A stretch of DNA of 64,000 bases from an uncultured cyanobacterium (GTDB lineage Bacteria > Cyanobacteriota > Cyanobacteriia > Cyanobacteriales > Cyanobacteriaceae): assembly GCA_963749915.1 (NCBI GenBank), contig CAVVOP010000008.1:875651-939650 (forward strand), read 5' to 3'. A program made the translations under genes and the position numbers. Shown piece after piece: positions 51,830 to 64,000 of this stretch. The number at the start of each line of letters is the position of its first letter. Position 1 is the first letter of the stretch. The notes below the pieces were generated by a model. That model saw only the letters and a program-made list of their open reading frames with translations. It did no database searches and had not been told where the DNA came from.

Positions 51830-51909
51830 TTTATTTTTTTCTTGATTAATTACTTTAAGTTGTGGACATATTGCTATTCAATAAAAGGGCTAAAGTCCTT
51901 ACTATAAAA

Positions 51910-53550
51910 TTACCAAAGTCTCTGAAATTCACTGCTATTTGAGTCTAAATATCCAAGAAAATCTGTTGTTTTTTGGCTATTATCTGGAAAAATAGTTAGT
52001 AATTCTACATATTCTTTAGTCATTCTCATTTTTTTGTCATCATCTTGAATTTTGCGAGGGTACATCCGATGCCATATTCTGCCAATTTTCCCCATTCTTC
52101 CTGTTAAATCAGAAGCCTTAATGGTTCGATTTTGTTGATATTCTTCGTGAAAAAAGTAAATAGCTTCACTATCTTCTTTATCTTCCGCAATTCTTCCCCA
52201 TACTTGTACATTACCTTTTTTGAAGGCTTCTCGCCAATTTGTGCCTTTAGGGTTTAATTGTTCTTTACTTACTTTAGTTACCCAATTTTCTATATTTTTA
52301 TGAACTGCGTCAAGAAAAGCAGTAATATCAGCTAATTGATTAACTGTAATATATAAGTTAGTTGAAGGTGAAATAAATTGCCAATGACAACCAATCATCG
52401 GTTTATTGCCATTTTCTAAGTAATCGGGGAAGAATAAACGATGATCTACTCTCCGCCATGATTTGCCAAAACCGCCCAACAATAAGCTGAATTGTATTAA
52501 TTTAACAAGGAATTTTTGAAGGTTACTTTTACGTTTATCACTGATTTTTCCCATGGCCAAAATATCCAGTTTGCCCTGATTGAGTTTATAAATAGGCATA
52601 TCAAAGGAATTTCTGGCAGGAGTATAGCTGAAATTATCTAATTCTAAATCAATGGGATCAAATACGATACCTAACTCTCCTACTACTGCACCATCTCTTC
52701 CAGCAAAACCCCCCCATAATTTTTTAGTTATTCTCTCCGCAGTTTCTGCATCTGTTATACCTCCTAGTAACCTCATGGTATGACCCCGAAGAGCTGCCTT
52801 AAACATATTGGCTCTAAATTCTCCTTCTTTATTGATTAGTTGAGAGGCTAATCCTTGTCCTTTCAGGTTTACACTAATGATAGAGTTTAATTGGCTACGA
52901 TCGAGCTTGACTTGTCCATAACCTGCACTTACTCTTGTACCAATACCTTGAGCAATGGCTTTTTCCCATATTTGCCAAATTTTCTGCCATTCTTCAGGGC
53001 TTAATTCTTCCTTACTGGAAATACCAAAAGTTAATTCAGGTTGATAAAGGGAAATTTGAATAAATGCAGAGTGATTACCTCCACTTTTTAACTGCCAATC
53101 TTCTTGAGGGTGAACTACATCAACGATATCTTGATTACTCCAATCAGCAGTAGGATAGCCACCATGAAACCTTAAAATACCGGGGTGACTTTCTCCCTCA
53201 CTTTCGTAACCACAGTATTTTTCTCTTTTACTTTTAGGGCAACTTCGCCAAAAAGCACCTTTCATACTCGAACCCGGAAAATAAGGAAAACCTTTTGCAC
53301 CGATAACAGGACGTATTACCCCTTCATCTTGACCGCTATTAGTAATAAACCTCCATGTAATTTGATAGGATTTAATTTCTACTTTGGGGCTAAATTGATA
53401 ATCCTGAGAGTCGGTAACTGCTTCTACCCATTCATCTGCCCAATCCTGTGCTTGTTGTACTTGGGCATTAGGTACTAATCTTTGTATTTGACATCTACTA
53501 TTAATTTGACTTCTAAACATTAACGGTACGCGCTCATAGGCATCTCTCAT
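51910..53550 (-). CDS. cmr6: Type III-B RAMP Cmr6 with a second (Cmr1-like) RAMP domain
   Basis: PYFPGSSMKG...GIGTRVSAGYG, then FKAALRGH...LLGGFGKSWRR. Confidence 0.8.
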   Translation of the reverse strand: MRDAYERVPLMFRSQINSRCQIQRLVPNAQVQQAQDWADEWVEAVTDSQDYQFSPKVEIKSYQITWRFITNSGQDEGVIRPVIGAKGFPYFPGSSMKGAFWRSCPKSKREKYCGYESEGESHPGILRFHGGYPTADWSNQDIVDVVHPQEDWQLKSGGNHSAFIQISLYQPELTFGISSKEELSPEEWQKIWQIWEKAIAQGIGTRVSAGYGQVKLDRSQLNSIISVNLKGQGLASQLINKEGEFRANMFKAALRGHTMRLLGGITDAETAERITKKLWGGFAGRDGAVVGELGIVFDPIDLELDNFSYTPARNSFDMPIYKLNQGKLDILAMGKISDKRKSNLQKFLVKLIQFSLLLGGFGKSWRRVDHRLFFPDYLENGNKPMIGCHWQFISPSTNLYITVNQLADITAFLDAVHKNIENWVTKVSKEQLNPKGTNWREAFKKGNVQVWGRIAEDKEDSEAIYFFHEEYQQNRTIKASDLTGRMGKIGRIWHRMYPRKIQDDDKKMRMTKEYVELLTIFPDNSQKTTDFLGYLDSNSSEFQRLW

Positions 53551-53585
53551 GATTTTTCCTCTTAAATAATGGTTATTTTAACTGT

Positions 53586-54005
53586 TTATTTTTTAAGTAA
53601 TCTAATAAATCCTGCTTGTTCAAAATGATGATCATTGGTTAAGGCTTGGCTTAATTGTTTCTGTTTCATAACAATAAAACTAGAGCAATCAACTAAACTC
53701 CAATTTTTATCAGGTCTTTGTTTAAATAATTCCCACGCTGATAAATCTGTTGTTTGATCTATATGAATAATCTCTACATAATTAGATTGTTTTAAACTAT
53801 CAATAAATGCAATAATTTTTGAACGAGGAATACGAAGGGGACTTGACAAAAGAGTAGTTAATTCACCTATTATATAATTAGTTGTAATTAACTTATATTT
53901 ATCCCTAGTCGTTGTTTGATAGAAGTTAACAGCTATTTGGTGATAAGGTTGAGAATTATCTACTAAGTTTCCCCAGCCTGATGTATCTACAAAAATATTA
54001 GACAT
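53586..54005 (-). CDS. VapC/PIN toxin inside the cmr operon
   Basis: IFVDTSGW...WSLVDCSSF...TNDHHFEQAGF. Confidence 0.9.
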   Translation of the reverse strand: MSNIFVDTSGWGNLVDNSQPYHQIAVNFYQTTTRDKYKLITTNYIIGELTTLLSSPLRIPRSKIIAFIDSLKQSNYVEIIHIDQTTDLSAWELFKQRPDKNWSLVDCSSFIVMKQKQLSQALTNDHHFEQAGFIRLLKK

Positions 54006-54016
54006 TTTTGTTTAAA

Positions 54017-54256
54017 TTAATCTGTTGATTCTAAATGAGATTTTCCTAAATAATAATCATGATTTTCAAGCCAATCACTGTTATTACTATTAAAAGCACC
54101 AATAAAATCGTCTAAGGGATCTTCTTCTATTTCAACTGTTATTTGATCTAGGTATTTTAAAGCTATACTTTCTAAAGTTTCCTCTTGTTTTTGTGCTTTT
54201 ATAATTAGTTTTTGATAAATATTTTCGGGAATATTTAATAATAGTTGATGAGTCAT
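54017..54256 (-). CDS. Antitoxin paired with the PIN toxin
   Basis: RHH-like start and DPLDDFIGAF...HDYYL. Confidence 0.75.
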   Translation of the reverse strand: MTHQLLLNIPENIYQKLIIKAQKQEETLESIALKYLDQITVEIEEDPLDDFIGAFNSNNSDWLENHDYYLGKSHLESTD

Positions 54257-54310
54257 AAGTTGTTCCTCTTGATAAAAAATATTTTATGGTGGGTACCCCC
54301 CACCCTACTT

Positions 54311-54709
54311 TTATTTATACCGTTGTGTCCACCACACCATTGATTCTGTTAATTGAGTGAGAACTGCGATCGCAACTTTCCGTTGTTGTTGATCAAAATT
54401 CCATAGCTTATCCGCCATAGCTTGAATTTGTTGGGTATTATTAGCACTGACATTATCATTAGGTAAATTAACCCCCGCCCTTTGCATAATTTCTACTAAT
54501 TTTTGCCATGTATCCTTCCAATACTCAGCTTTAGTTTGTTCTCCACGAGTACCCTGTAACCGTAATTGTTCTCCCCAAAAACGTTCTAAACCGTAGGCTA
54601 CTGTCATGCGCATTTTATAGCCTTGATTGAGCGCATCCTTGTCTTTACCTTTATATTTCAAAACTAAATCGTGTGCTGCCTGATCTAAATTGTAAGATTC
54701 CCAAGCCAT
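54311..54709 (-). CDS. cmr5: Type III-B small subunit Cmr5
   Basis: 132-aa helical protein directly after cmr4 (YGLERFWGE...WWTQRYK). Confidence 0.7.
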   Translation of the reverse strand: MAWESYNLDQAAHDLVLKYKGKDKDALNQGYKMRMTVAYGLERFWGEQLRLQGTRGEQTKAEYWKDTWQKLVEIMQRAGVNLPNDNVSANNTQQIQAMADKLWNFDQQQRKVAIAVLTQLTESMVWWTQRYK

Positions 54710-54823
54710 AATAATAAATCTCCAAAATAATAATAGTTCGTTAACATTGGGGGATTAGCCCCTAAATCCCCAACTTTGGGGACTTTTATCTTCTTTCTTC
54801 CCCCAGAATTGAGAGCAAGGGGA

Positions 54824-55633
54824 TCAAATGCCCTTAATTTCCACCGCACAATGCCCAAAACCGATGGATTCTAAACCACCTAAATAAATTTCCCCAGTGG
54901 TAGAATCATCTCCGAAGGGTTGCCATTTTGTTTCTTGATTATCCTTAAGAGCAACAGGGAAGATTAACTGAGTGCCTTCGGGTAAGGCTTCGGTGTTAAA
55001 AAATGCACCTCTAACCACTTTTTTCTCATTTTCTTCTAACCTAACTCGACTTTGACGGTATAAAGCCATATCGTGAATCATCGCAATTTCATCATCGGCT
55101 ACCACCACCGCAGGTAATTCTTCCCCAAAAGGAAACCACGCCGATAAATTTTGATTAGGATGATCAATAGTTAAAAATCCAAAGTTGAAAAATAAAGTAG
55201 GTTTTCTTTCTACTTGTAAAGGCTTTAATACTGATGAGCCACTATAAATTTGAGGAATTTTATCAGTTATCCCTGTTATTCTTTGGTATCTTTTTAACAA
55301 TCTTGGACAACTAACCCAGACTACGGGTTGCCCCGGACAAAATACTGGTAGCCATATTACCGAAGCATACTCAAATTTAACCAAAGATTCTGTAGTTGAA
55401 TCTGCTACTCCTGAATCTGCATCATGACCATACCATAGATTAACTTTATCTTCACCACTGATTGAATATAATTCTGAACGAAAACGTCCTCGAATAGAAC
55501 TACCCGGTATAACACCTGTTTGGGTGTATTGATCTCGGAAAATCAGGTTTAAGTTACCGCTTTCTTCTCCAGCGGTTGCCCCTACATGAACTGGTGCAAG
55601 GGTTTCAATGATTCCGTAAGCTTTTTTGTACAT
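54824..55633 (-). CDS. cmr4: Type III-B RAMP Cmr4
   Basis: PVHVGA, IPGSSIRG, FFNTEALPEG and LGGLESIGFG. Confidence 0.88.
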   Translation of the reverse strand: MYKKAYGIIETLAPVHVGATAGEESGNLNLIFRDQYTQTGVIPGSSIRGRFRSELYSISGEDKVNLWYGHDADSGVADSTTESLVKFEYASVIWLPVFCPGQPVVWVSCPRLLKRYQRITGITDKIPQIYSGSSVLKPLQVERKPTLFFNFGFLTIDHPNQNLSAWFPFGEELPAVVVADDEIAMIHDMALYRQSRVRLEENEKKVVRGAFFNTEALPEGTQLIFPVALKDNQETKWQPFGDDSTTGEIYLGGLESIGFGHCAVEIKGI

Positions 55634-55635
55634 TC

Positions 55636-56658
55636 TTAATTAACTCCGTTAATATCTAAAGGTAAACATAAACCACTACCTACTCTTTTAAGGGAGTAGC
55701 CTTCTTTGGGAAACCAGTCTTCTTGCCAATCCCACCATGATTGATTCAAGGATTCTTGTAATACATATACACTTCCGGCACTAACTCCATAACGCCCCCT
55801 ACCCATTCTTCCCCCTGCTCGATAACGATAGGGTATAGCTTTATCCGTAAGGAGTTTATCAACTTTAGGAAAAGAAGTATCTTGTGGGTAACGATAGGAC
55901 AATCTATTTGAACCCCACACTGCCGATGAAATTAAGGCAAAGGTTTTTCTGATGGGCTGTTGTAAGAGCTTAAGAATCGGATTATTCTCGTTTATAGGAA
56001 TGGTTTTAACTTCCACTAAATGATTCTCACCACCAAAACGATACCAACCATCAGGTAATTCATGGGTAGAAAGATAAATTAAGCAAACATCATCATCCAT
56101 CTGTACTGCATTTTCTAAAAATAAACCACCTTCTTTGGTATGACGTTGCTCTTTTTTCATTTTCGGATGTAACATCGGTACAAATTTCCAAGGGCTTTTT
56201 TCCACAGCTTTATTCTCTTTAATTGTCTTCGCTGATTGATTCCATTGATTAATTTTTAACCAACTATATTCAGGTGTTAAGTCTAAGTCAGGATTTTTTC
56301 TTGACCATTTATCCCCATTAATTTCCCATTCATCGCTATTTTTTTCCTCAATTATTTTTGTCCAAGGAATAGGTACATAAAAAAATTGTGGTGAATTTTC
56401 TTTTGCCCAAAATGTTCCGGCGATGTGCAAATTTCCCCTTAAATTATCGTGATTAATGCCGTTATTTTGTAAATCAGCACTAAAGAATAAACCTGATACT
56501 GTGGCAGGATCTGGGGGAAATTTAGCACGAGATCTTCCTACCAAATTTTCAGGCGAAAGAAAACCTCCAGCACTACCATATAAAAACCCTAAAGGTTTAA
56601 TTGTAATCAAATATTTAAACATAATATTTAACGTTTTAACTGCATAATTGCCAACCAA
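55636..56658 (-). CDS. cmr3: Type III-B Cmr3 (likely start MFKYL at 56622)
   Basis: ITIKPLG, FPPDPAT, RFGGE and VSAGSVY motifs. Confidence 0.85.
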   Translation of the reverse strand: MVGNYAVKTLNIMFKYLITIKPLGFLYGSAGGFLSPENLVGRSRAKFPPDPATVSGLFFSADLQNNGINHDNLRGNLHIAGTFWAKENSPQFFYVPIPWTKIIEEKNSDEWEINGDKWSRKNPDLDLTPEYSWLKINQWNQSAKTIKENKAVEKSPWKFVPMLHPKMKKEQRHTKEGGLFLENAVQMDDDVCLIYLSTHELPDGWYRFGGENHLVEVKTIPINENNPILKLLQQPIRKTFALISSAVWGSNRLSYRYPQDTSFPKVDKLLTDKAIPYRYRAGGRMGRGRYGVSAGSVYVLQESLNQSWWDWQEDWFPKEGYSLKRVGSGLCLPLDINGVN

Positions 56659-58201
56659 CTTGGACTAAATCATCTACCCAAATTTTAAAACTATTTACAT
56701 CCTTTTTTCCCACAATATTAGTTCTATTTTCGAAAATATTATCCCCTTTATTTTGAAAGTAAATATTTAATAAACTTTTTGGTAAAATAGCATCATTAAT
56801 AGGTGTTTCTTTTTTATTAAAAGTAATAGCATGACGGGCTTTTAACTGAGCTAAATCATTATAAATATGACCCCAATTTTCTCCTTTATTTCTATCTTGA
56901 TATTCTTGTAAAATACCTAAATTATCCCAGGGAGTTGTCCATTCAATATATTGACCGCTATTAAATACAATCCGAATAGTAATGCGATCGCGCCCTTTAG
57001 TCTTAGCTACTTTTTCCGCTTCCCGACAATGTTGTAAAACATCCCGTTGGGGTACACTCCCAGCTACCCAGACAAAACCAACACTTAAAGTAATATTTTG
57101 TCCGTGTTTTTCCCATTGTTTCTTAAGGGTTAATAACCACTCCAAAGCCTTTTTTTTCAGTTCTTGAGAACTATTAATAGTCGGATTTTTACTATAAACA
57201 ACTCCTAAAAAATCATCTCCTCCTGCATAAATTATTCGCCCTAAATCTTTAGGAAAATCATTACTTAAATTTTCTCCCCATTGACGCATTGCTTCACTAA
57301 ATTTCTTTAGCTTTTGCGCACCATCAGTTTGTTCACTTAACTTTTTGAGATGATTCCCTACTTTGTCACCATCCCCCATAAACCAACCAGTCCATTGACC
57401 TGATATACCATTATGAGGATCTGGTTTTCTCACTAATTCCGTGAATTTTTCCACAAAAGGCATATCTTCCTTAGGAAATTTTTGAGGAATACCAGTATTA
57501 GGTAAAGTGATTAATCTTTTTACCAATTCAGGGATGCTTAATCTTTCGTTTAAGTCTAAAACTTTTCCTTCTGTGACTTCTTCACTACTGCCTTCTAAAA
57601 CTGCGGATAATCTTAAATAAAAGCTATCAATTCCTTCTTTTTCCTGTTGAAGATCAAGGGTTTTTGGGTTACGACTACCACTACCTAAACCATTCCAAGC
57701 GATGGCATCTGTACCAGTTAAACTAGAACTTTCACCAATCCAATTAATCCCTACCCAATCACGGGATAACTTGCGATTTTCTAAATCTTCCATTGCCGTA
57801 GTAATGGAGTCACCTTGTCCCCAAAAATATTCCCATGTATGAGTAGCCCACATTTCCCAATCTCGATGCCAATGATAAAAGGTATCGGGAGAAGTTTCGG
57901 GGACTTTTCTTTCAATCCATTGTTTACACTCCCAAAGCACTTGTTTCCATGACTCAAAAATAGTTTTTTTAACTAAATCTTGAGGAAAATCACCTTCTAT
58001 CAAAATACGATTAGGCATTCCTTTCGCAAGATTAGGCAAACCCGGAGAAATAATCTCATAGTTATTGTTTCTAGCTACATCAATGATTTTCTTACTCAGA
58101 TAAGAGAGAATCAACGATGCACCATATAAATCTCTCAATTTACGGGATTTCTCAATAAACCCTTGTACTGGAGAAAAGGTAATTGCTGTATAAACTACCA
58201 T
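56636..58201 (-). CDS. cmr2: Cas10/Cmr2 without an HD domain, intact GGDD cyclase motif
   Basis: Starts directly at FSPVQGFIEKSRKLRDLYGAS; GDGDKVG and YAGGDDFL; only 521 aa. Confidence 0.92.
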   Translation of the reverse strand: MVVYTAITFSPVQGFIEKSRKLRDLYGASLILSYLSKKIIDVARNNNYEIISPGLPNLAKGMPNRILIEGDFPQDLVKKTIFESWKQVLWECKQWIERKVPETSPDTFYHWHRDWEMWATHTWEYFWGQGDSITTAMEDLENRKLSRDWVGINWIGESSSLTGTDAIAWNGLGSGSRNPKTLDLQQEKEGIDSFYLRLSAVLEGSSEEVTEGKVLDLNERLSIPELVKRLITLPNTGIPQKFPKEDMPFVEKFTELVRKPDPHNGISGQWTGWFMGDGDKVGNHLKKLSEQTDGAQKLKKFSEAMRQWGENLSNDFPKDLGRIIYAGGDDFLGVVYSKNPTINSSQELKKKALEWLLTLKKQWEKHGQNITLSVGFVWVAGSVPQRDVLQHCREAEKVAKTKGRDRITIRIVFNSGQYIEWTTPWDNLGILQEYQDRNKGENWGHIYNDLAQLKARHAITFNKKETPINDAILPKSLLNIYFQNKGDNIFENRTNIVGKKDVNSFKIWVDDLVQVGWQLCS

Positions 58202-58377
58202 TTTTAGTTATTTTTGTTTGATTTACTCAACTATCAACTATAAAGTAAATAATTTTATTTAATTCTTTTTTTAGGCGAATATCAAAAATCTTAATATTCA
58301 TTTACAAAAGTAATGGGTAATTTATTTTAAAAAAATTTATTAAATTCCTTGTTCGCACGAAATACAAAACAAAAAGT

Positions 58378-59268
58378 TTGACATTGGTTTTAATGAAAAT
58401 ATGGCAAGGAAAACCAGTTTCAGAAAATTCAGGGGTTATAACTATGACAGTAGCGACAGCAGTAAGAACCATTAAAACTAATCCTGTACAAGATTTTAAT
58501 CCTCAAAATAAAGAGCATCAAACCAAAGGCAATAATCTAGTACCTATTGGCGGTAAATTACCATACTATTTAGAATTACAAACAGGTAAAGTTTTAGATA
58601 TTTTAATTCAGTTATTTCAACATCAATTACCAAAGAATAGATCTGAAGCTAGAGCAAAAATCAATGGTTGGCTATATAATCGTACTCGTCCGGGTTGCTA
58701 TTTAGAATTAGGGCAACATTTTCATATTGCTTATGGGCATCAAAAAGATGGGCGTGGTACTCAACATTACTGGCGATTATTTTTTGATGACACCTTAAAA
58801 AAGACTATTGAAACTATTGTTAATAGCACTGCGATGGTTATAAACCCTCAAAAAACTCCTTCTGGTAACGATAATTCTGGTAATGGCAATGAAGGTTTAA
58901 AAGAATGGGGTGGAATGTATTTTCGCAGTGAAACTGAAATCCGTTTGGCAGAAGAATTAAATCATCGTGGTTTAATGTTTTTCGCCAATGTGCGAGGCAT
59001 AGTTAACACCGCATCTTCTCCCATTTCTAAAAATCAAACGACAGGAAAAATGGAAATTGATTTTTTTGTTTTTCATCTAGGTAAATGTATATCCATCGAA
59101 GTTGACGGAATTCATCATCAACAAATCGGGCAGATTAATCGAGATTATGCCAGAGACAGACTCTTATTAAGAGAGCAAATTCCTACAGCTCGTTTTACTG
59201 CCTATGAATGTTATCAGCAACCCGAACAAGTTGTTTCCGAAATTATTGCTTTATTTAATCATTCTTAG
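58378..59268 (+). CDS. Protein with a C-terminal DUF559/Vsr-like PD-(D/E)XK nuclease domain (start possibly ATG 58444)
   Basis: FRSETEIRLAEEL...EIDF...IEVDGIHH...DYARDRLL. Confidence 0.7.
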   Translation: MTLVLMKIWQGKPVSENSGVITMTVATAVRTIKTNPVQDFNPQNKEHQTKGNNLVPIGGKLPYYLELQTGKVLDILIQLFQHQLPKNRSEARAKINGWLYNRTRPGCYLELGQHFHIAYGHQKDGRGTQHYWRLFFDDTLKKTIETIVNSTAMVINPQKTPSGNDNSGNGNEGLKEWGGMYFRSETEIRLAEELNHRGLMFFANVRGIVNTASSPISKNQTTGKMEIDFFVFHLGKCISIEVDGIHHQQIGQINRDYARDRLLLREQIPTARFTAYECYQQPEQVVSEIIALFNHS

Positions 59269-59468
59269 TATCTTCATAATTTTCAGAATTTAAAAATGCT
59301 ATTGCTGTCCTTGATATATTTTTTCGCCATTTTGGGCAGACTTTATTTATAGACTAAAATTTGCTGAAACTCTATTGAATTAAATGTTTGGCTTTTGAGG
59401 TCAATTTGCTACATCCCTGAATGGTTACAAATAAAGTTAAACAATAATTTATTTAGTGATAATTAATA

Positions 59469-59761
59469 ATGCTTATATCATGGAAAGGTGGTTTAATTAA
59501 GAGTATTGCGATCGCTTTTATTAATGGCCTAATTACTCTTATTCTTTTATTGATTGCACCATTAGGACTAGCTATTGTAATTACTAATACTATTATCATA
59601 GCTTTTTCTAGTTTTATGGTGAGTATCGTCTTTGATTTTATTACCATTTGGCTTTTAAAATCTCCTAATAATAAATTTTTTGATGTGCCTTATGGGAATA
59701 AAATTGGTCAAACAAAAAAGAACAAATCTTCAGCAATTCAACGACAAAATTATGAGAATTA

Positions 59762-59762
<1 letters not shown>
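59469..59762 (+). CDS. csx18: CRISPR-associated membrane protein Csx18
   Basis: INGLITLILLLIAPLGLA...NT motif, directly upstream of cas1. Confidence 0.75.
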
Positions 59763-61035
<1,273 letters not shown>

Positions 61036-61216
61036 CTGCGAAGCAAAAGGAAAATAACCTCAAATCCACTAAATTCGTTCTGAGCCTCGGCAATATACAG
61101 GGTATGGGTTTCAGCTGTGTAAGTAGAATTAAACAAACGCAATCACTAAGATTTTTTGATGAGCCTCGCAAACCCCTCCTAGACACTAGACAGGGTAAGG
61201 GCTTACAATGAGGGGG
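61036..61216 (+). promoter_or_regulatory. CRISPR leader
   Basis: Non-coding gap between cas2 and repeat 1, with an internal duplicated TGAGCCTCG...CAGGGTAWGGG motif. Confidence 0.75.
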
Positions 61217-64000
61217 GTCGCTACCCTTCGGGGTAGTGGAATTAATGGAAACTTCATCCGCGTCAACTCAATCGTCGATCTAATTTTATTGATAGTCGCT
61301 ACCCTTCGGGGTAGTGGAATTAATGGAAACAAGAGGGATTATAACTGGTCGGTGGACTTGAATAGTCGTACCCAGTCGCTACCCTTCGGGGTAGTGGAAT
61401 TAATGGAAACAAATAGTCGAGATTAGTCTTTTGACCTCATCAGCATAGTCTTGGTGTCGCTACCCTTCGGGGTAGTGGAATTAATGGAAACATAATATAA
61501 AACCGGTTAGCATAACTCGAGATTAGTGTCGCTACCCTTCGGGGTAGTGGAATTAATGGAAACTTACATATTATGCATAATCCGCTTAGGATCTTATTGC
61601 AAGTCGCTACCCTTCGGGGTAGTGGAATTAATGGAAACTCAAATTAGCCGTAAATGCTTGAACTGCCACCAGATTTTTTGTCGCTACCCTTCGGGGTAGT
61701 GGAATTAATGGAAACACATGGGATTATCGTTAGCAAATTCAAAGTCACTGTTGAGTCGCTACCCTTCGGGGTAGTGGAATTAATGGAAACAACATGAAGT
61801 TAAGAAAGTTGTAAGCTTCCTTAAGTCGCTACCCTTCGGGGTAGTGGAATTAATGGAAACCGTTAATAAAGTAGGATAGTTCACCTACTAAGTGTCTGTA
61901 GTCGCTACCCTTCGGGGTAGTGGAATTAATGGAAACATGTTAAACCAGGTTTCTTGAGCTACACTCATATTTAGCTTTGTCGCTACCCTTCGGGGTAGTG
62001 GAATTAATGGAAACATCAAGTTAAGCAAAGGTGAGGTACTAGAAGTAGTGAGAGAGTCGCTACCCTTCGGGGTAGTGGAATTAATGGAAACTTACTTCGA
62101 TATCTCCAATGTGTGAGCGTAGGCTATTGTCGCTACCCTTCGGGGTAGTGGAATTAATGGAAACTCGCATCAGATGGGGGTTGATAGATTAAGCTAATCA
62201 TTATAGGTCGCTACCCTTCGGGGTAGTGGAATTAATGGAAACAGTCATTGACTAGAATGGTCTTTATCGCCTGTTTTACGGTTGTCGCTACCCTTCGGGG
62301 TAGTGGAATTAATGGAAACATTCTCAGGTAATTGCTGCTCTATCGAAAAACTGACTATATCGTCGCTACCCTTCGGGGTAGTGGAATTAATGGAAACGAG
62401 GTCGCGGGTAATAACGTATCTATTTCTTATAGTGGTCGCTACCCTTCGGGGTAGTGGAATTAATGGAAACGAGCTAACTCATATTTAGCTTTAGAGCCCA
62501 CATGCAGCGTCGCTACCCTTCGGGGTAGTGGAATTAATGGAAACACCATTTTCTTTTGCATAGCTTATGGCCTCAGCTGTCGCTACCCTTCGGGGTAGTG
62601 GAATTAATGGAAACACGCAGTTAAGGTGGCTATGTTTATCTGCTAAATTAATAACAGCATGTCGCTACCCTTCGGGGTAGTGGAATTAATGGAAACTGAA
62701 CTAGGACAGTGTAAAGACATGCATATAATCAGAAGTCGCTACCCTTCGGGGTAGTGGAATTAATGGAAACAATCTTTACGATCATACAGCTCTGAGGAAT
62801 CCATGTACTTGTCGCTACCCTTCGGGGTAGTGGAATTAATGGAAACACTTAAAGTATGAATCACCGATCCTGACAGAGTTTACGACAGTCGCTACCCTTC
62901 GGGGTAGTGGAATTAATGGAACGACAGCCATAGTCTTGTCTTTCACGTAACACCCATGTTGTCGCTACCCTTCGGGGTAGTGGAATTAATGGAAACGCTT
63001 GTAGTGAAATCTATCTAGACTTGGTCGCTACCCTTCGGGGTAGTGGAATTAATGGAAACATTCAGCATTTTCCAAGAGCTTTCACCAAGGTCAATCCAGT
63101 TACGTCGCTACCCTTCGGGGTAGTGGAATTAATGGAAACACAATGCTGTGCACCGTCTTCCGGTAAGCGGGATTCAGGTCGCTACCCTTCGGGGTAGTGG
63201 AATTAATGGAAACTTCAGTCAACACCATGAATATATTTAAGGTGTCATATTCTGTCGCTACCCTTCGGGGTAGTGGAATTAATGGAAACATAAATTACAA
63301 AAAGTATCCCCATCTATGAATAACATGTCGCTACCCTTCGGGGTAGTGGAATTAATGGAAACTGATAAATCGATACCAAGTTAACTACTGATAACGGTAG
63401 TCGCTACCCTTCGGGGTAGTGGAATTAATGGAAACTAGCTATGTCCAAGCTGATTGGAGGCTGAAGCTCTCCAGTCGCTACCCTTCGGGGTAGTGGAATT
63501 AATGGAAACTAACGTTATAGATTACCAAGTCTTCAACATAGTATGTCGCTACCCTTCGGGGTAGTGGAATTAATGGAAACTTTAAGTACATTCCATCTCT
63601 CGAGACTCAGGCAGCAGTCGTGTCGCTACCCTTCGGGGTAGTGGAATTAATGGAAACCATTCTTCAGCATGTACTGTTGTTTTCAGACTTAGGTCGCTAC
63701 CCTTCGGGGTAGTGGAATTAATGGAAACCTAATTATAATTTAAAAAGTACTATCAGTGCCAGGTCGCTACCCTTCGGGGTAGTGGAATTAATGGAAACTA
63801 GTACTGTAGCACCTTGGACTAATACTTGTGCAAGTCGCTACCCTTCGGGGTAGTGGAATTAATGGAAACCGTGAGCGCAAATGAATTAGCTTTGTGTATA
63901 ATGATTGTCGCTACCCTTCGGGGTAGTGGAATTAATGGAAACCTCGATGATGGCGATGGGGGATGTTCGGCTTGTAGTAGAGGTCGCTACCCTTCGGGGT
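61217..64000 (+). CRISPR. CRISPR array, 36-bp repeat GTCGCTACCCTTCGGGGTAGTGGAATTAATGGAAAC; 37 full repeats plus one partial; continues beyond the window
   Basis: Counted by eye. Spacers are about 27-46 bp. The repeat at 62888 lacks one A. The repeat hairpin is CTACCC-TTCG-GGGTAG. Confidence 0.99.

Noticed and set aside
61208..63291. ORFs within the CRISPR array
   Set aside because: These are translations of repeats and spacers.
61217..64000. Self-targeting spacers against this window
   Set aside because: None were noticed by eye, but a proper alignment was not possible. This is untested rather than excluded.

Overview
AT-rich, plasmid-like cyanobacterial DNA, judged from frequent HIP1 GCGATCGC sites, heptameric short tandem repeats, ParA and a Rep-like gene with internal iterons. 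The right half is a defence island. It holds a class I DISARM operon (drmD-drmMI-drmA-drmB-drmC) split by a toxin-antitoxin cluster, and a cas6-less type III-B CRISPR-Cas locus: HD-less cmr2, cmr3-5, a two-RAMP cmr6, two CARF-HEPN effectors, a kinase-WYL protein, csx18-cas1-cas2 and at least 37 repeats running off the window end. The left half is an accessory mosaic of IS256 and IS1 elements, MITEs, integrase remnants, TA pairs, a GC-rich TPR/J-domain/GrpE/Hsp70 module and a damaged DGR reverse transcriptase. Three features stand out. (1) A 359-nt tract has a single adenine, which lies in the stop codon of an ORF; it follows a ~237-bp structured element whose second copy sits just downstream of the adenine-mutagenic DGR RT in the same relative orientation. 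(2) A GC-rich ORF resembles the gasdermin pore-forming domain. (3) Three tandem Cys-rich peptide genes share a conserved leader. Several single-base frameshifts may be assembly errors. All calls come from reading motifs by eye; no database searches were run.
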